Shown here in pieces: positions 1 to 7,794 of a stretch of DNA of 20,000 bases (the stretch's first letter is position 1; each line of letters starts with the position of its first letter). A model generated the notes under the pieces. It saw only the letters and a list, made by a program, of their open reading frames with translations. It searched no databases and was not told the origin of the DNA. The stretch is from an uncultured virus (IMG/VR IMGVR_UViG_3300025000_000001) (Duplodnaviria; Heunggongvirae; Uroviricota; Caudoviricetes). The position numbers were made by a program, and so were the translations under genes. The stretch lies in IMG/VR virus record IMGVR_UViG_3300025000_000001; one strand, given 5' to 3'.

Positions 1-487
1 TAAACATCTCTTGTGAAAGTTGTTCCGAATGAAAGAATATGTAGGCTTCCTCGTTTTTATCATTGGCGTCTTGAAACATTTCTCTGTGCGTTTCCATCTT
101 TTTTATCTCAGATAGCCTGCACCAGAATATTTCGTAGTTGTCTTTATCGCCAATGAAGTATACAATTTTCACAGGAACTTTTTCTTTTCTCTGAACAATG
201 TCATAACTGTTGAAACTTCTTTGTTTTAATGCCAAAAATCCGCCATGTTTATAGAATTCCCGCCTACTTTTTACCTCTATCAGCAACAGAAGTCTTCCCT
301 TGTTCTCGGATTTGTTTTCTATATCTGGATATGCTACAAGATATTTTCCGTAATTTTTATGCTGTGCTACAGTTTCGCCATCACTATCCAAACACACGAA
401 CTTAACATATTCTCCATCACCATAAAAATCAGATAAACGGATTATCTCATCTTCCGCCCAATTTGATTTATTGAATTTATAAGCCAT
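1..487 (-). CDS. PD-(D/E)XK (restriction-endonuclease-like fold) nuclease, 3' end runs off the window
   Basis: Not in the ORF track. Hand translation from ATG at 487: MAYKFNKSNWAEDEIIRL...LVAYPDIENK...LLLIEVKSRREF...SFNSYDIV...VKIVYFIG. Open for 162 codons, with E, PD and EVK motifs in canonical order. Confidence 0.65.
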   Translation of the reverse strand, partial: MAYKFNKSNWAEDEIIRLSDFYGDGEYVKFVCLDSDGETVAQHKNYGKYLVAYPDIENKSENKGRLLLLIEVKSRREFYKHGGFLALKQRSFNSYDIVQRKEKVPVKIVYFIGDKDNYEIFWCRLSEIKKMETHREMFQDANDKNEEAYIFFHSEQLSQEMF

Positions 488-809
488 ACTTCTTCTTCTT
501 TTCTTCAATTCTTTTTGAGCGTTCTTCAATTTCTTTGGGGGTGAGAATATCGGACAACTTTGGTAATTCGTAGTCGTCCAACCCCAATTCCGGATGATTT
601 TTTGAAAAGTCAGGGTCATTTAATTCGTATGACAAAACCAAGTCTTCATCAGATTCCAATACTGCAACATTTGCGAAAGCGTCAGTTTCATCGGCTTCAC
701 GAATACCAGCAGACCAGGTTAGCTTTAGAATATCCTTGAGCGTATATTTTTCGTAGACTTTATGAATGTTCAACATCTCATACCACTGTTCAAACGTCAA
801 CTTTTCCAT
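477..809 (-). CDS. hypothetical protein (110 aa)
   Basis: Start moved to MEKLTF (809), with GGAGGA RBS at 815-820; promoter at 872-899. Confidence 0.8.
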   Translation of the reverse strand: MEKLTFEQWYEMLNIHKVYEKYTLKDILKLTWSAGIREADETDAFANVAVLESDEDLVLSYELNDPDFSKNHPELGLDDYELPKLSDILTPKEIEERSKRIEEKKKKYGL

Positions 810-871
810 ATTTATCCTCCTAAAATCAATCACTTATTCTATGATAAAAGGTTTCTTTTGTTTACTTGACT

Positions 872-899
872 ATTTTACCACATTATTTTGTGGTGTCAA
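872..899 (-). promoter_or_regulatory. sigma70-type promoter
   Basis: TTGACA-16-TAAAAT with TG extended -10. Confidence 0.7.
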
Positions 900-1173
900 T
901 AAGGAATTCTCCCTCTTTCTTAGTGGTGAAATATTCTACAAAGCATCGAGCATTACCGGTAGGAGTTTCGCTTTCATATCGAAAGGTTTCAAAAAACTTA
1001 GTTTCTGAATTGTAATGAGAAATATCCTTGATGGTATAAGACTTCGCGCTATTGGGGGCGAAATGTTTTGCTTTCGAGTGAAATGATTTCATAATCACAT
1101 CTAAATCTGCAATTTCTTGCACACCCAGAACATAATACCAATCCGACATTCTGCCATCAACTCTAATTATCAT
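883..1173 (-). CDS. hypothetical protein (~96 aa)
   Basis: Probable start MIIRV at 1173, just after the upstream stop; start uncertain. Confidence 0.6.
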   Translation of the reverse strand: MIIRVDGRMSDWYYVLGVQEIADLDVIMKSFHSKAKHFAPNSAKSYTIKDISHYNSETKFFETFRYESETPTGNARCFVEYFTTKKEGEFLIDTTK

Positions 1174-1177
1174 ATGT

Positions 1178-1396
1178 TTATCCCAACCATTGAAAACTGC
1201 CATCAATAGCATCTTCAAAATTGAGAAATTCCAGAATATCTAGCTCTTCATCGCTGAAGGTTTTGCCACCAACAACAATTTGAAGTTTTTCATCATCTTT
1301 ACGCATCCAGGTATCTTCAAAGAGAGTTGACCATTCATCATTCCCAATTGATTTTAAAATTTGAAAAACAGCTTTATACTTAGCATTCTTAATCAT
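1178..1396 (-). CDS. hypothetical protein (72 aa)
   Basis: GAGGAGG RBS; operonic. Confidence 0.8.
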   Translation of the reverse strand: MIKNAKYKAVFQILKSIGNDEWSTLFEDTWMRKDDEKLQIVVGGKTFSDEELDILEFLNFEDAIDGSFQWLG

Positions 1397-1431
1397 TTCA
1401 AAACCTCCTCATAAAAAGAGTATTTCATTTG

Positions 1432-1794
1432 TTAATCCTCTCGACGACCATAATTATTATAAACGCTGTCTTCTTCAACCCAGGGGGTTCTACAATTTCC
1501 ACAAGTCCACTCAGCACAAGAGCAAGTTCCAATGTGATAAACATCGGGCCAATCAGTCAGAATTTCATCATCTGAATATTCTTCTGCGCCATCAGCCAAG
1601 CCATCAGAATTTACCATGCGAACTCCATCCTGCATATTTACATACCGCCAGTTATATGCGGAATATTTATTGCAAGCGGCGCAAAATTCTATTTCTTCAA
1701 GTTCTACCAGACGATCAAATACCGCTTTGGTATTGAGAAAAAAATCATCTAAGTCCCAAATTTCCTGCGAAGTCAAAGATGCAATGGTTGTCAT
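1432..1794 (-). CDS. acidic, Cys-containing hypothetical protein (possible Zn ribbon)
   Basis: AGGAG RBS; CAAC...CSC...CGNC; 25 D/E versus 8 K/R. Confidence 0.8.
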   Translation of the reverse strand: MTTIASLTSQEIWDLDDFFLNTKAVFDRLVELEEIEFCAACNKYSAYNWRYVNMQDGVRMVNSDGLADGAEEYSDDEILTDWPDVYHIGTCSCAEWTCGNCRTPWVEEDSVYNNYGRRED

Positions 1795-1833
1795 TTGATT
1801 TACTCCTGTCTGAATGTTTTATTTATTGAATGT

Positions 1834-1862
1834 ATTATACACCCGATATTTATTCTTGTCAA
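1834..1862 (-). promoter_or_regulatory. sigma70-type promoter (perfect consensus)
   Basis: TTGACA-17-TATAAT. Confidence 0.9.
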
Positions 1863-1895
1863 GAGGGAAATTTATTCATCGTGCTGGGGCTGATC

Positions 1896-2081
1896 CTATT
1901 TGTTTTCTTCGTAAAATTTTTTATTGACACTTTTTAGAGCAACAAAATCATCAGGCGAAATTCCTTGAGTCAGCATGGCTGCAAGCAAGAATCCATCAAA
2001 GAATTGTTGAGCATAGTCACTTCGATGATTTGTGTAAATTTTTGACATGTCTTCGACAATATCATCATATGAAAGTTGCAT
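1896..2081 (-). CDS. hypothetical protein (61 aa)
   Basis: Start moved to MQLSYD (2081), GAGGAG RBS, directly after the upstream TGA. Confidence 0.75.
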   Translation of the reverse strand: MQLSYDDIVEDMSKIYTNHRSDYAQQFFDGFLLAAMLTQGISPDDFVALKSVNKKFYEENK

Positions 2082-2082
2082 T

Positions 2083-2316
2083 TCACTCTCCTCTCGCAGC
2101 ATGTTGGATTGTTGACCAGAAATCAAAGATAATTTGCTCCGTAACTGGAATTCCAACATCTGAGAGAAAATCCTTCAGAAGAAGTTCTACGCCAACCCCA
2201 GAAACTTTCCACAAAAGAAAGTTTGCTAAGGCTTGCTTTTGCTCCTCTAGGGGGATTTTCTTATTGGTGAATTCTACAAATCCGTGAACATTGTCATAAA
2301 ATCGAAGTTTTTCCAT
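2083..2316 (-). CDS. hypothetical protein (77 aa)
   Basis: AAGGAG RBS, own promoter. Confidence 0.8.
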   Translation of the reverse strand: MEKLRFYDNVHGFVEFTNKKIPLEEQKQALANFLLWKVSGVGVELLLKDFLSDVGIPVTEQIIFDFWSTIQHAARGE

Positions 2317-2345
2317 TTGATTTACTCCTTATTTCTTATACTCAA

Positions 2346-2374
2346 AGTATAACCGATAACTTCAATCCTGTCAA
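2346..2374 (-). promoter_or_regulatory. sigma70-type promoter
   Basis: TTGACA-17-TATACT. Confidence 0.85.
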
Positions 2375-2380
2375 GAGGTA

Positions 2381-2416
2381 AAATAAAACTGACTAGAAAT
2401 CAATTCTAGCCAGTTT
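2381..2416 (-). terminator. intrinsic terminator
   Basis: Minus strand AAACTGGCTAGAA-ttgat-TTCTAGTCAGTTT followed by a T-rich tail. Confidence 0.6.
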
Positions 2417-2517
2417 ATGTATCAAATTACCAAATTTACAGTAAAACGCCACAAAAGCCTTCCTGGTGGCAAACAGAGGGTGTTTTCGTAAAGTTTTGCA
2501 TGGGTAAAATGTTATTT

Positions 2518-2766
2518 TTACTCAATCGTATCTTCTTCTTCATCCTCTTCAAAAACAAAGGTTGGCAAAATCAGATAAGTTAAATGTTTTGGGGCGCGAC
2601 CATCCTCTAAGCGTTCTTGTAAAACCTCGGTAGCACGAACCATACTGACAAATCGCTCCCTACAAGGTTTTGGAAAAACCTCAGAGTTATAACTATCGTG
2701 GATAGCACCCCCAAAACCTAAATGAAAAATACGATACCAAACATTGTGTAATAGACTATTACGCAT
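2518..2766 (-). CDS. hypothetical protein (82 aa, acidic tail)
   Basis: Start moved to MRNSLL (2766), AAGGAG RBS. Confidence 0.75.
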   Translation of the reverse strand: MRNSLLHNVWYRIFHLGFGGAIHDSYNSEVFPKPCRERFVSMVRATEVLQERLEDGRAPKHLTYLILPTFVFEEDEEEDTIE

Positions 2767-3040
2767 TGAAAGCTCCTTCAATAGACTCTGCAAAACTTTC
2801 TTTATAATCATCAACCCAAACTAGCTCCCAAGTTGAACAATTTACAACCCGATATTTAGTATTCTTTTTCGGTTTGCTCTTATAATGCCAGGGCCATCGA
2901 ATAAGAAATTCCGTACAATCTTCATCCAAATAGCCCACAACATCGTTTTTCTTAGCAAGAAGTTTTTTATCATGCTCTGAAACATATTGGGAGCGCAAAT
3001 TTTCATCAGTTGTTGGCTCATATCGAACGTAAATTTTCAT
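2759..3040 (-). CDS. hypothetical protein (93 aa)
   Basis: AGGAG RBS; overlaps the next start. Confidence 0.8.
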   Translation of the reverse strand: MKIYVRYEPTTDENLRSQYVSEHDKKLLAKKNDVVGYLDEDCTEFLIRWPWHYKSKPKKNTKYRVVNCSTWELVWVDDYKESFAESIEGAFNA

Positions 3041-3064
3041 AATATCGCTCCTAAAAGTCTGGTT

Positions 3065-3433
3065 TTATTCCGGCCAACCACCGGGTCCAGTTTCCCAACT
3101 ATTTAAAGTCTTAGGAAACCGGTAGTTAGTTTTCTTGGACGCTTTCTTCAATCCTTCAATGTTGAAATGATTTTTGGCCGCTTCAAGGGTTACTTCTCGC
3201 AAAGTTTTCCCATCCCAAACATACCATTTAGTTTTAGGGTATATGTTCGCTTCAAAGCGATACCACTCGCTGCCTTCAAACCAAATATCAGTTCCGTATT
3301 TATCTAATCCCCAAACAAAACTTTTGCCAGCATTCGCATTGATTTCTTCGATGTCGTAAGCAAAATCGGTTTGATGAAACTTGACAGTTTCGGCTACAAT
3401 TTCAGTCATTTCTCGCAAAAGTTCTTTGTTCAT
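3065..3433 (-). CDS. hypothetical protein (122 aa), paralogous to the C-terminal half of 14093-14680
   Basis: AAGGAG RBS, own promoter; shared DF..D..I..N...FVW....T and YxxD..L...T...AK motifs. Confidence 0.85.
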   Translation of the reverse strand: MNKELLREMTEIVAETVKFHQTDFAYDIEEINANAGKSFVWGLDKYGTDIWFEGSEWYRFEANIYPKTKWYVWDGKTLREVTLEAAKNHFNIEGLKKASKKTNYRFPKTLNSWETGPGGWPE

Positions 3434-3462
3434 TTCAATCTCCTTTTCGTTTGATTGAATAT

Positions 3463-3491
3463 ATTTTACACCCGATTGGGTTTCCTGTCAA
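3463..3491 (-). promoter_or_regulatory. sigma70-type promoter
   Basis: TTGACA-17-TAAAAT. Confidence 0.85.
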
Positions 3492-3607
3492 GAGGGAAAA
3501 CCCAACCAAACCGGCATTCCCCAAATTCCAGTGGAGGCATGACGTAAAACGATCAGCAGTAGGGCCACAATCAATAAAAATGCTATAAATGAGAGAGCGG
3601 TTTTCAT
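3488..3607 (-). CDS. small membrane peptide (39 aa)
   Basis: Not in track: MKTALSFIAFLLIVALLLIVLRHASTGIWGMPVWLGFPS*; AAGGA RBS; one TM helix. Confidence 0.6.
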   Translation of the reverse strand: MKTALSFIAFLLIVALLLIVLRHASTGIWGMPVWLGFPS

Positions 3608-3610
3608 AAC

Positions 3611-3805
3611 TTATTCCTTTTCCCAAAATCCGGTTTCGATTACAAAAAATTCATCAACTCCTCCGCTAGAAAACATTCCAAATCCTTCGGAATAGTAACC
3701 AACGGCTAGGGGATTTTCCTTCAGAAAAGAAAATACTTCATCTTGAGTCATAATAGCATCTCTGAAATTTGACATATTTTCTGTGGGTACAATTCTAACC
3801 AGCAT
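3611..3805 (-). CDS. hypothetical protein (64 aa)
   Basis: AGGAGG RBS. Confidence 0.75.
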   Translation of the reverse strand: MLVRIVPTENMSNFRDAIMTQDEVFSFLKENPLAVGYYSEGFGMFSSGGVDEFFVIETGFWEKE

Positions 3806-3828
3806 ATCAACCTCCTAAAATGTAGTTT

Positions 3829-4161
3829 TTATTCAATCTCATCCAGATTTGAAATTTTACCCAGAATGTTTTCTACTTCTGTTTCGTTTAGCCATCCCAA
3901 AACATCATCAGTAATCGGAGTAGAATAGTCCAATTCGCCGGTGTGATTGGTTACTGCGAGTTCCCACAAGCCTTTTTCACGCCCATAGGAAAACCGGTGT
4001 CTAACCACACTAGCGCCGCGCCCATTGCTAAAACGAAAAACATACTGAATGCCGCCATGCAAATTATTTTCCTCAGCAAACGGAAATCCAAACTTGATTT
4101 TACCATTGACAGCATCACAAAAATCATCAAACAATTTATCCGCTTCATCTTGATCAATCAT
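3829..4161 (-). CDS. conserved phage-type hypothetical protein (110 aa)
   Basis: AGGAG RBS; motif F.NG.GASVV...SYG...GLWELAV...Y.TPITDDVLGWL recalled as recurrent in phage early regions, not verified. Confidence 0.85.
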   Translation of the reverse strand: MIDQDEADKLFDDFCDAVNGKIKFGFPFAEENNLHGGIQYVFRFSNGRGASVVRHRFSYGREKGLWELAVTNHTGELDYSTPITDDVLGWLNETEVENILGKISNLDEIE

Positions 4162-4205
4162 TTTATTTTCTCCTAGTAAATTCGTTCTTTTATCTAACTG
4201 AATAT

Positions 4206-4234
4206 ATTTTACTCGATTATTCTTATCCTGTCAA
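4206..4234 (-). promoter_or_regulatory. sigma70-type promoter
   Basis: TTGACA-17-TAAAAT. Confidence 0.85.
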
Positions 4235-4242
4235 GGATAAGT

Positions 4243-4488
4243 TTATTCTAGCTCGTATCCCAACTTTCGCAATTCCTCATCACACCACTCTTTTCCGCTT
4301 CCTGCTGGCCCAATCTTCCAGTTCAGATTATCAAAGGAATCACCAGAACATTCAAGATTTCTAATTCGTGGATAAATATCTCCGGCGAAAGCATAGCGAT
4401 TCGCAACATCTCGATAATCGCTTCCCTCTATAACTCGGATTGAATAATACTCATAATTAGGAATTTTCATCCAGGGTGAAAGTTTCAT
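4243..4488 (-). CDS. hypothetical protein (81 aa)
   Basis: Start MKLSPW (4488) with GGAGGT RBS. Confidence 0.8.
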   Translation of the reverse strand: MKLSPWMKIPNYEYYSIRVIEGSDYRDVANRYAFAGDIYPRIRNLECSGDSFDNLNWKIGPAGSGKEWCDEELRKLGYELE

Positions 4489-4530
4489 TTTTACCTCCAT
4501 CAAACCATTGTTTTATTCTTCACTAAATAT

Positions 4531-4559
4531 ATTTTACCATAGATCGGCAGGGGAGTCAA
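4531..4559 (-). promoter_or_regulatory. sigma70-type promoter firing away from the oriC-like AT tract
   Basis: TTGACT-17-TAAAAT with TG extension. Confidence 0.75.
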
Positions 4560-4749
4560 TCCCCAATTTCGAAAAATATTTTCCCTTTAATACTATTAAA
4601 TATATAGTAGTATTATACTATTAGTATTATATATTCTTTTATTAAAGGTATTTAATTAAGTATACTATACTAGTAGTATTAGTATAATTAAAATAGTAGT
4701 AGTAGGGGCTGTGGATAACTTTTTTGAAAAGGTAAAATCCGCCTAATAT

Positions 4750-4802
4750 ACCCCCATATATGGGGGTTAATGCCTGTTTTTAGACACTAACCCCCATATA
4801 TG
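4750..4802. repeat. 18-bp perfect palindrome plus a second partial copy
   Basis: ACCCCCATATATGGGGGT at 4750-4767; TAACCCCCATATATG at 4788-4802 is the reverse complement of 4755-4769. Confidence 0.9.
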
Positions 4803-4803
4803 C

Positions 4804-4876
4804 CTGTGGATAACTTTTGATTTTCTGTGGATAACTTTCTAATAACTGTGGATAACTTTCTAATAACTGTGGATAA
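4804..4876. repeat. 21-bp tandem repeat, each unit carrying a DnaA box
   Basis: CTGTGGATAACTTTCTAATAA in two exact copies (4825-4866), flanked by one variant and one partial copy. Confidence 0.95.
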
Positions 4877-4940
4877 GTCATCCGGGTAAAACCTCCGTTT
4901 TATCAGATGAAAATGGTCAACTTTGGGTAAAATTGATTTT

Positions 4941-5180
4941 TTATCCACTGGTAACAGTGTAAAACCATGAACCGATAATTACAGATAGCCCCAATTTCTT
5001 TATAGACTTTTCAATCTCGCTTCCATTCGGAATAATCACAACAATTCTATCTCCAACGGCAGGGGTAATTTTATGCCCGTTGGGAAGTGGATATTTATCG
5101 CCCCAGGGAACTTTACTTCTGTACTCCGGAAGGCTATACCAGTTATGATCTTCTGCTAAGTAGATTAGTCGCTCTTTCAT
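4941..5180 (-). CDS. hypothetical protein (79 aa)
   Basis: GGAGGT RBS, ATGA overlap with the upstream gene. Confidence 0.8.
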   Translation of the reverse strand: MKERLIYLAEDHNWYSLPEYRSKVPWGDKYPLPNGHKITPAVGDRIVVIIPNGSEIEKSIKKLGLSVIIGSWFYTVTSG

Positions 5181-5572
5181 TTTACCTCCAGGATGTTAGG
5201 GAAGTTTTCACCCTCTCCGAAATCTTGCCAGAACTTGAAATCTGCATATCCCTTAGTTAGCATTTCGCTAACCGGACAAACTACCTGATAATTATCGTGA
5301 TTAGTCCAGGCTTTTCCTGCTAAGGTGTGAGAGCCATCGTCTTCAGCAGACTCGCTTTCTACGATGACTATACATTCGCTCAATTGACCTAAAACATCAG
5401 CGACAATAACTCCCCAGCCATTAGTCCAGTATCCTTCAGTCAAATCCCAAAAGACACAATCAGAGCCTTTCTTCTTCAAATCTTCTCGAATTTCTTTCTT
5501 TTCAATCCGATCAGCGATCAATCGGATTCGCAGAGTTTGACCGTTGTTTTTCTTGATAAATTTTACTTCCAT
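5177..5572 (-). CDS. hypothetical protein (131 aa)
   Basis: AAGGAG RBS, own promoter. Confidence 0.85.
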   Translation of the reverse strand: MEVKFIKKNNGQTLRIRLIADRIEKKEIREDLKKKGSDCVFWDLTEGYWTNGWGVIVADVLGQLSECIVIVESESAEDDGSHTLAGKAWTNHDNYQVVCPVSEMLTKGYADFKFWQDFGEGENFPNILEVK

Positions 5573-5601
5573 TTTCGTTCTCCTTATTTAGTGATAAATA
5601 T

Positions 5602-5629
5602 ATTTTACCACAATTTATTCTGCTGTCAA
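5602..5629 (-). promoter_or_regulatory. sigma70-type promoter
   Basis: TTGACA-16-TAAAAT with TG extension. Confidence 0.75.
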
Positions 5630-5638
5630 TAGTGAGTT

Positions 5639-5827
5639 TTATTCCATTTCAAAGCCGGAATTCTTAGCACAAGAATAACAATAAAACTTTTTGTCTTCAG
5701 AGCCATAGTATCTTGCAACCATTTCACAGAAGGAACACTCCCAAGAATTTATTGGTACAATATGGCTGTGAAGTTTTTTTCCAACAAATTTGTATTTTGA
5801 TGTGAGCCATAAAAGTTTTTGAGTCAT
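5639..5827 (-). CDS. small Zn-finger-like protein (62 aa)
   Basis: AAGGAG RBS; CSFC...CYSC. Confidence 0.75.
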   Translation of the reverse strand: MTQKLLWLTSKYKFVGKKLHSHIVPINSWECSFCEMVARYYGSEDKKFYCYSCAKNSGFEME

Positions 5828-5858
5828 GTTCTTACTCCTTTATTCATTCGATAAATAA

Positions 5859-5886
5859 ATTATACTACAAATCAATCCTGTGTCAA
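5859..5886 (-). promoter_or_regulatory. sigma70-type promoter
   Basis: TTGACA-16-TATAAT. Confidence 0.8.
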
Positions 5887-5939
5887 GAGGGAATTTCCGC
5901 CAATAATTTAATATCAAATTCAGGTTTTATCCCATGACA

Positions 5940-6033
5940 CTACAAGCCATTCTGAGGCTGTTTGGAATAATATACGTCAATTGTATACTATTCAATACAA
6001 AAAGCCCCCAGAATCGTTTCTGGAGGCTTGTAG
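5940..6033. repeat. structured dispersed element, copy 1
   Basis: CTACAAGCC (5940-5948) pairs with GGCTTGTAG (6025-6033); shares CTACAAGCCATTCT and further colinear motifs with 17270-17362. Confidence 0.6.
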
Positions 6034-6062
6034 AGGCATGTTTTTGTATTTCTGCCATTATT

Positions 6063-6395
6063 CTAAACAAATAAGGCTTGATATTCTGAATCAAAATCAA
6101 TTACAATTTCAGGTTTGCCAGCCCACAAATCCCACATCCGGTCTTCAATTTGCCAAATTTCTCCAGGCTGAACTTGCAAATACTCATATCCCTTTCGGAG
6201 ATTCAATTCAGTCCATTCTTTTCCGTTCGGCTGAGGCTTGATCTTTTCGTAGAATGCGCCATCTAATTCTAGCATCAGTTTTTCGGCTTGACTTCGAGAG
6301 TTTACATTAACTGAAGTCACAGAGAGATAACCGTTTTCCTGAATGACTCTAACCGACTGAGGGAATACAACCCGATAGAAATAATCTCGTTTCAT
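6063..6395 (-). CDS. hypothetical protein (110 aa)
   Basis: Translationally coupled to the upstream ORF. Confidence 0.75.
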   Translation of the reverse strand: MKRDYFYRVVFPQSVRVIQENGYLSVTSVNVNSRSQAEKLMLELDGAFYEKIKPQPNGKEWTELNLRKGYEYLQVQPGEIWQIEDRMWDLWAGKPEIVIDFDSEYQALFV

Positions 6396-6396
6396 C

Positions 6397-6588
6397 TTAC
6401 CTTTCCTTATAACCTTCTGCTACAAGTTTAGAAGTAAATTCCGCCAACCTTTTCTTGTTCTTGAAGATTTTTAGATCAAAGAATTCGCTTCCATCTTTGT
6501 GAGTTTTTTCGCCATCATGGAAACTAACAGAATATTTGGATGTTCCGATTCCGTATTGGGTATAAAAAACTTTGTTTGAAATGCTCAT
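6397..6588 (-). CDS. conserved phage-type hypothetical protein (63 aa)
   Basis: Start MSISNK with AGGAG RBS; motif QYGIG.SKY.VSFHDG.KTHKDGS.FFD..IFKNK. Confidence 0.8.
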   Translation of the reverse strand: MSISNKVFYTQYGIGTSKYSVSFHDGEKTHKDGSEFFDLKIFKNKKRLAEFTSKLVAEGYKER

Positions 6589-6589
6589 T

Positions 6590-6802
6590 TTAGTCATCTC
6601 CTAAAACTTGTTTGCAATAAGAGTGTAATTCCTCTATTTCGTCTTCTGATAACTTCCTACCGGAATAAGTCATGTTGTAAACCTTCTCGACAATATCCCT
6701 AAGATCAGAAGATAAGGTAATCAGTTCTCCAAGAGTTGAGTCGCTAGAACTTCGGTAAAACCTAATCCAGTCCGTCAAGCTCATTTCGTGTAACTGTTTC
6801 AT
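6590..6802 (-). CDS. hypothetical protein (70 aa)
   Basis: Start MKQLHE, directly after the upstream stop; AAGGA RBS. Confidence 0.7.
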   Translation of the reverse strand: MKQLHEMSLTDWIRFYRSSSDSTLGELITLSSDLRDIVEKVYNMTYSGRKLSEDEIEELHSYCKQVLGDD

Positions 6803-6803
6803 T

Positions 6804-7058
6804 TTATTTTCCTTCTTCATCCTCTTGCACTAATCGGGCATTCAAATCCCACACAATCGAATCGATTTCATCGTAAGATTTGGCAGCATAAAGAGCATGT
6901 GCCAACTCGGTAGCATAATCTGCTACAGCACCAGAACCAAATAGACAATACAAAGCCCTTGCTACATCGTATTTTGTGGTTTCGCGGCTGTCAAATTGAT
7001 CACTCAGGGGAATAACTTCGATTTTGTGTACAGTTTCAATGGTTAAAATTGGTTTCAT
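6804..7058 (-). CDS. hypothetical protein (84 aa)
   Basis: Start moved to MKPILT (7058), AGGA RBS. Confidence 0.7.
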   Translation of the reverse strand: MKPILTIETVHKIEVIPLSDQFDSRETTKYDVARALYCLFGSGAVADYATELAHALYAAKSYDEIDSIVWDLNARLVQEDEEGK

Positions 7059-7068
7059 GCTAATTTTC

Positions 7069-7221
7069 CTATTCAATCGTAGTGGTATGAATGTTAGTCG
7101 CGCCGATATCAAGCAAATCTTGATAAAAATTATTGTACTGTTTCGCGCTCCAGGTAGGGACAATCTGCCAACGTTTGCGCCCATCCCTGTCAGTCCATTC
7201 AAAACGAGTTTTAGCATTCAT
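7069..7221 (-). CDS. hypothetical protein (50 aa)
   Basis: Not in track: MNAKTRFEWTDRDGRKRWQIVPTW...TTIE*; AAAGGAG RBS. Confidence 0.7.
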   Translation of the reverse strand: MNAKTRFEWTDRDGRKRWQIVPTWSAKQYNNFYQDLLDIGATNIHTTTIE

Positions 7222-7254
7222 GGCCCATCTCCTTTATCAAATGTAACTTTTATT

Positions 7255-7494
7255 CTAATCCGCTTCATAGACCTGTTTAGCGCCGCCGCGACCCAATTTG
7301 CCGGATTTTAGAAAATTGAAAGAATGCTCTGCAATCCAGTGAGAGTCTGAAGTTAATTCTACATTCGGAATGCCGCCAGGATAAATACGCATTACCCGAT
7401 CTAAATTCTCTACGGTCAAGCGATAAATAAAAGCCGCTTTGACTTGCTTTATCTGGTCAGGTGTTAGATTTTCGCCTTTCACTAATTTACCCAT
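7255..7494 (-). CDS. hypothetical protein (79 aa)
   Basis: AGGAG RBS, own promoter. Confidence 0.8.
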   Translation of the reverse strand: MGKLVKGENLTPDQIKQVKAAFIYRLTVENLDRVMRIYPGGIPNVELTSDSHWIAEHSFNFLKSGKLGRGGAKQVYEAD

Positions 7495-7541
7495 TTGATT
7501 TAACTCCTGTTTGCTTATCTTTTGTTTCTAACTCTTGATAT

Positions 7542-7570
7542 ATTATAAACCAAGAGTTTTATTTTGTCAA
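7542..7570 (-). promoter_or_regulatory. sigma70-type promoter (perfect consensus)
   Basis: TTGACA-17-TATAAT; the -35 contains the TGA stop of the upstream gene. Confidence 0.9.
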
Positions 7571-7791
7571 TAGTCAGTTTCGGAAACCTTGAAGATAAAA
7601 ACTTCAGACCCTTCGCGATTCCGAACGACTGCCCGATATTCATTGATTCCAATGGATTCTAGGGTAAACTTTCTGGAATAGTTTTCTTCAATATATTCAC
7701 TGATTGAAAACACTACATCGTCCGTTGTTGAAAACTTATCCAGCGAAATTTCAGCATAGTAAACTTCAACTTGTGTCATGTTTTCCGCCAT
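7567..7791 (-). CDS. acidic hypothetical protein (74 aa)
   Basis: Coupled to the upstream ORF; weak RBS. Confidence 0.7.
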   Translation of the reverse strand: MAENMTQVEVYYAEISLDKFSTTDDVVFSISEYIEENYSRKFTLESIGINEYRAVVRNREGSEVFIFKVSETDY

Positions 7792-7794
7792 TAT

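Larger units (their letters stand above)
4586..4949. other. oriC-like DnaA-dependent origin module (DUE + DnaA-trios + DnaA boxes)
   Basis: 4586-4705 is about 85% AT; (TAG)4 at 4694-4705; GGGC at 4706-4709; perfect TGTGGATAA boxes at 4710, 4805, 4826, 4847 and 4868; an 8/9 opposite-orientation box TTATCCACT at 4941. Confidence 0.8.

Noticed and set aside
3435..4157. Track ORFs 3435-3626 and 3951-4157 (minus)
   Set aside because: Alternative frames overlapping better-supported genes; the first also runs through a promoter.
4804..4876. Mini-CRISPR or plasmid Rep iterons
   Set aside because: There are no spacers; the conserved core is exactly the DnaA box and no Rep gene is adjacent.
4586..4949. 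Host chromosomal oriC locus
   Set aside because: No dnaA, dnaN, gidA, rpmH or any housekeeping gene in 20 kb; the context is phage-like. It cannot be fully excluded without the whole contig.
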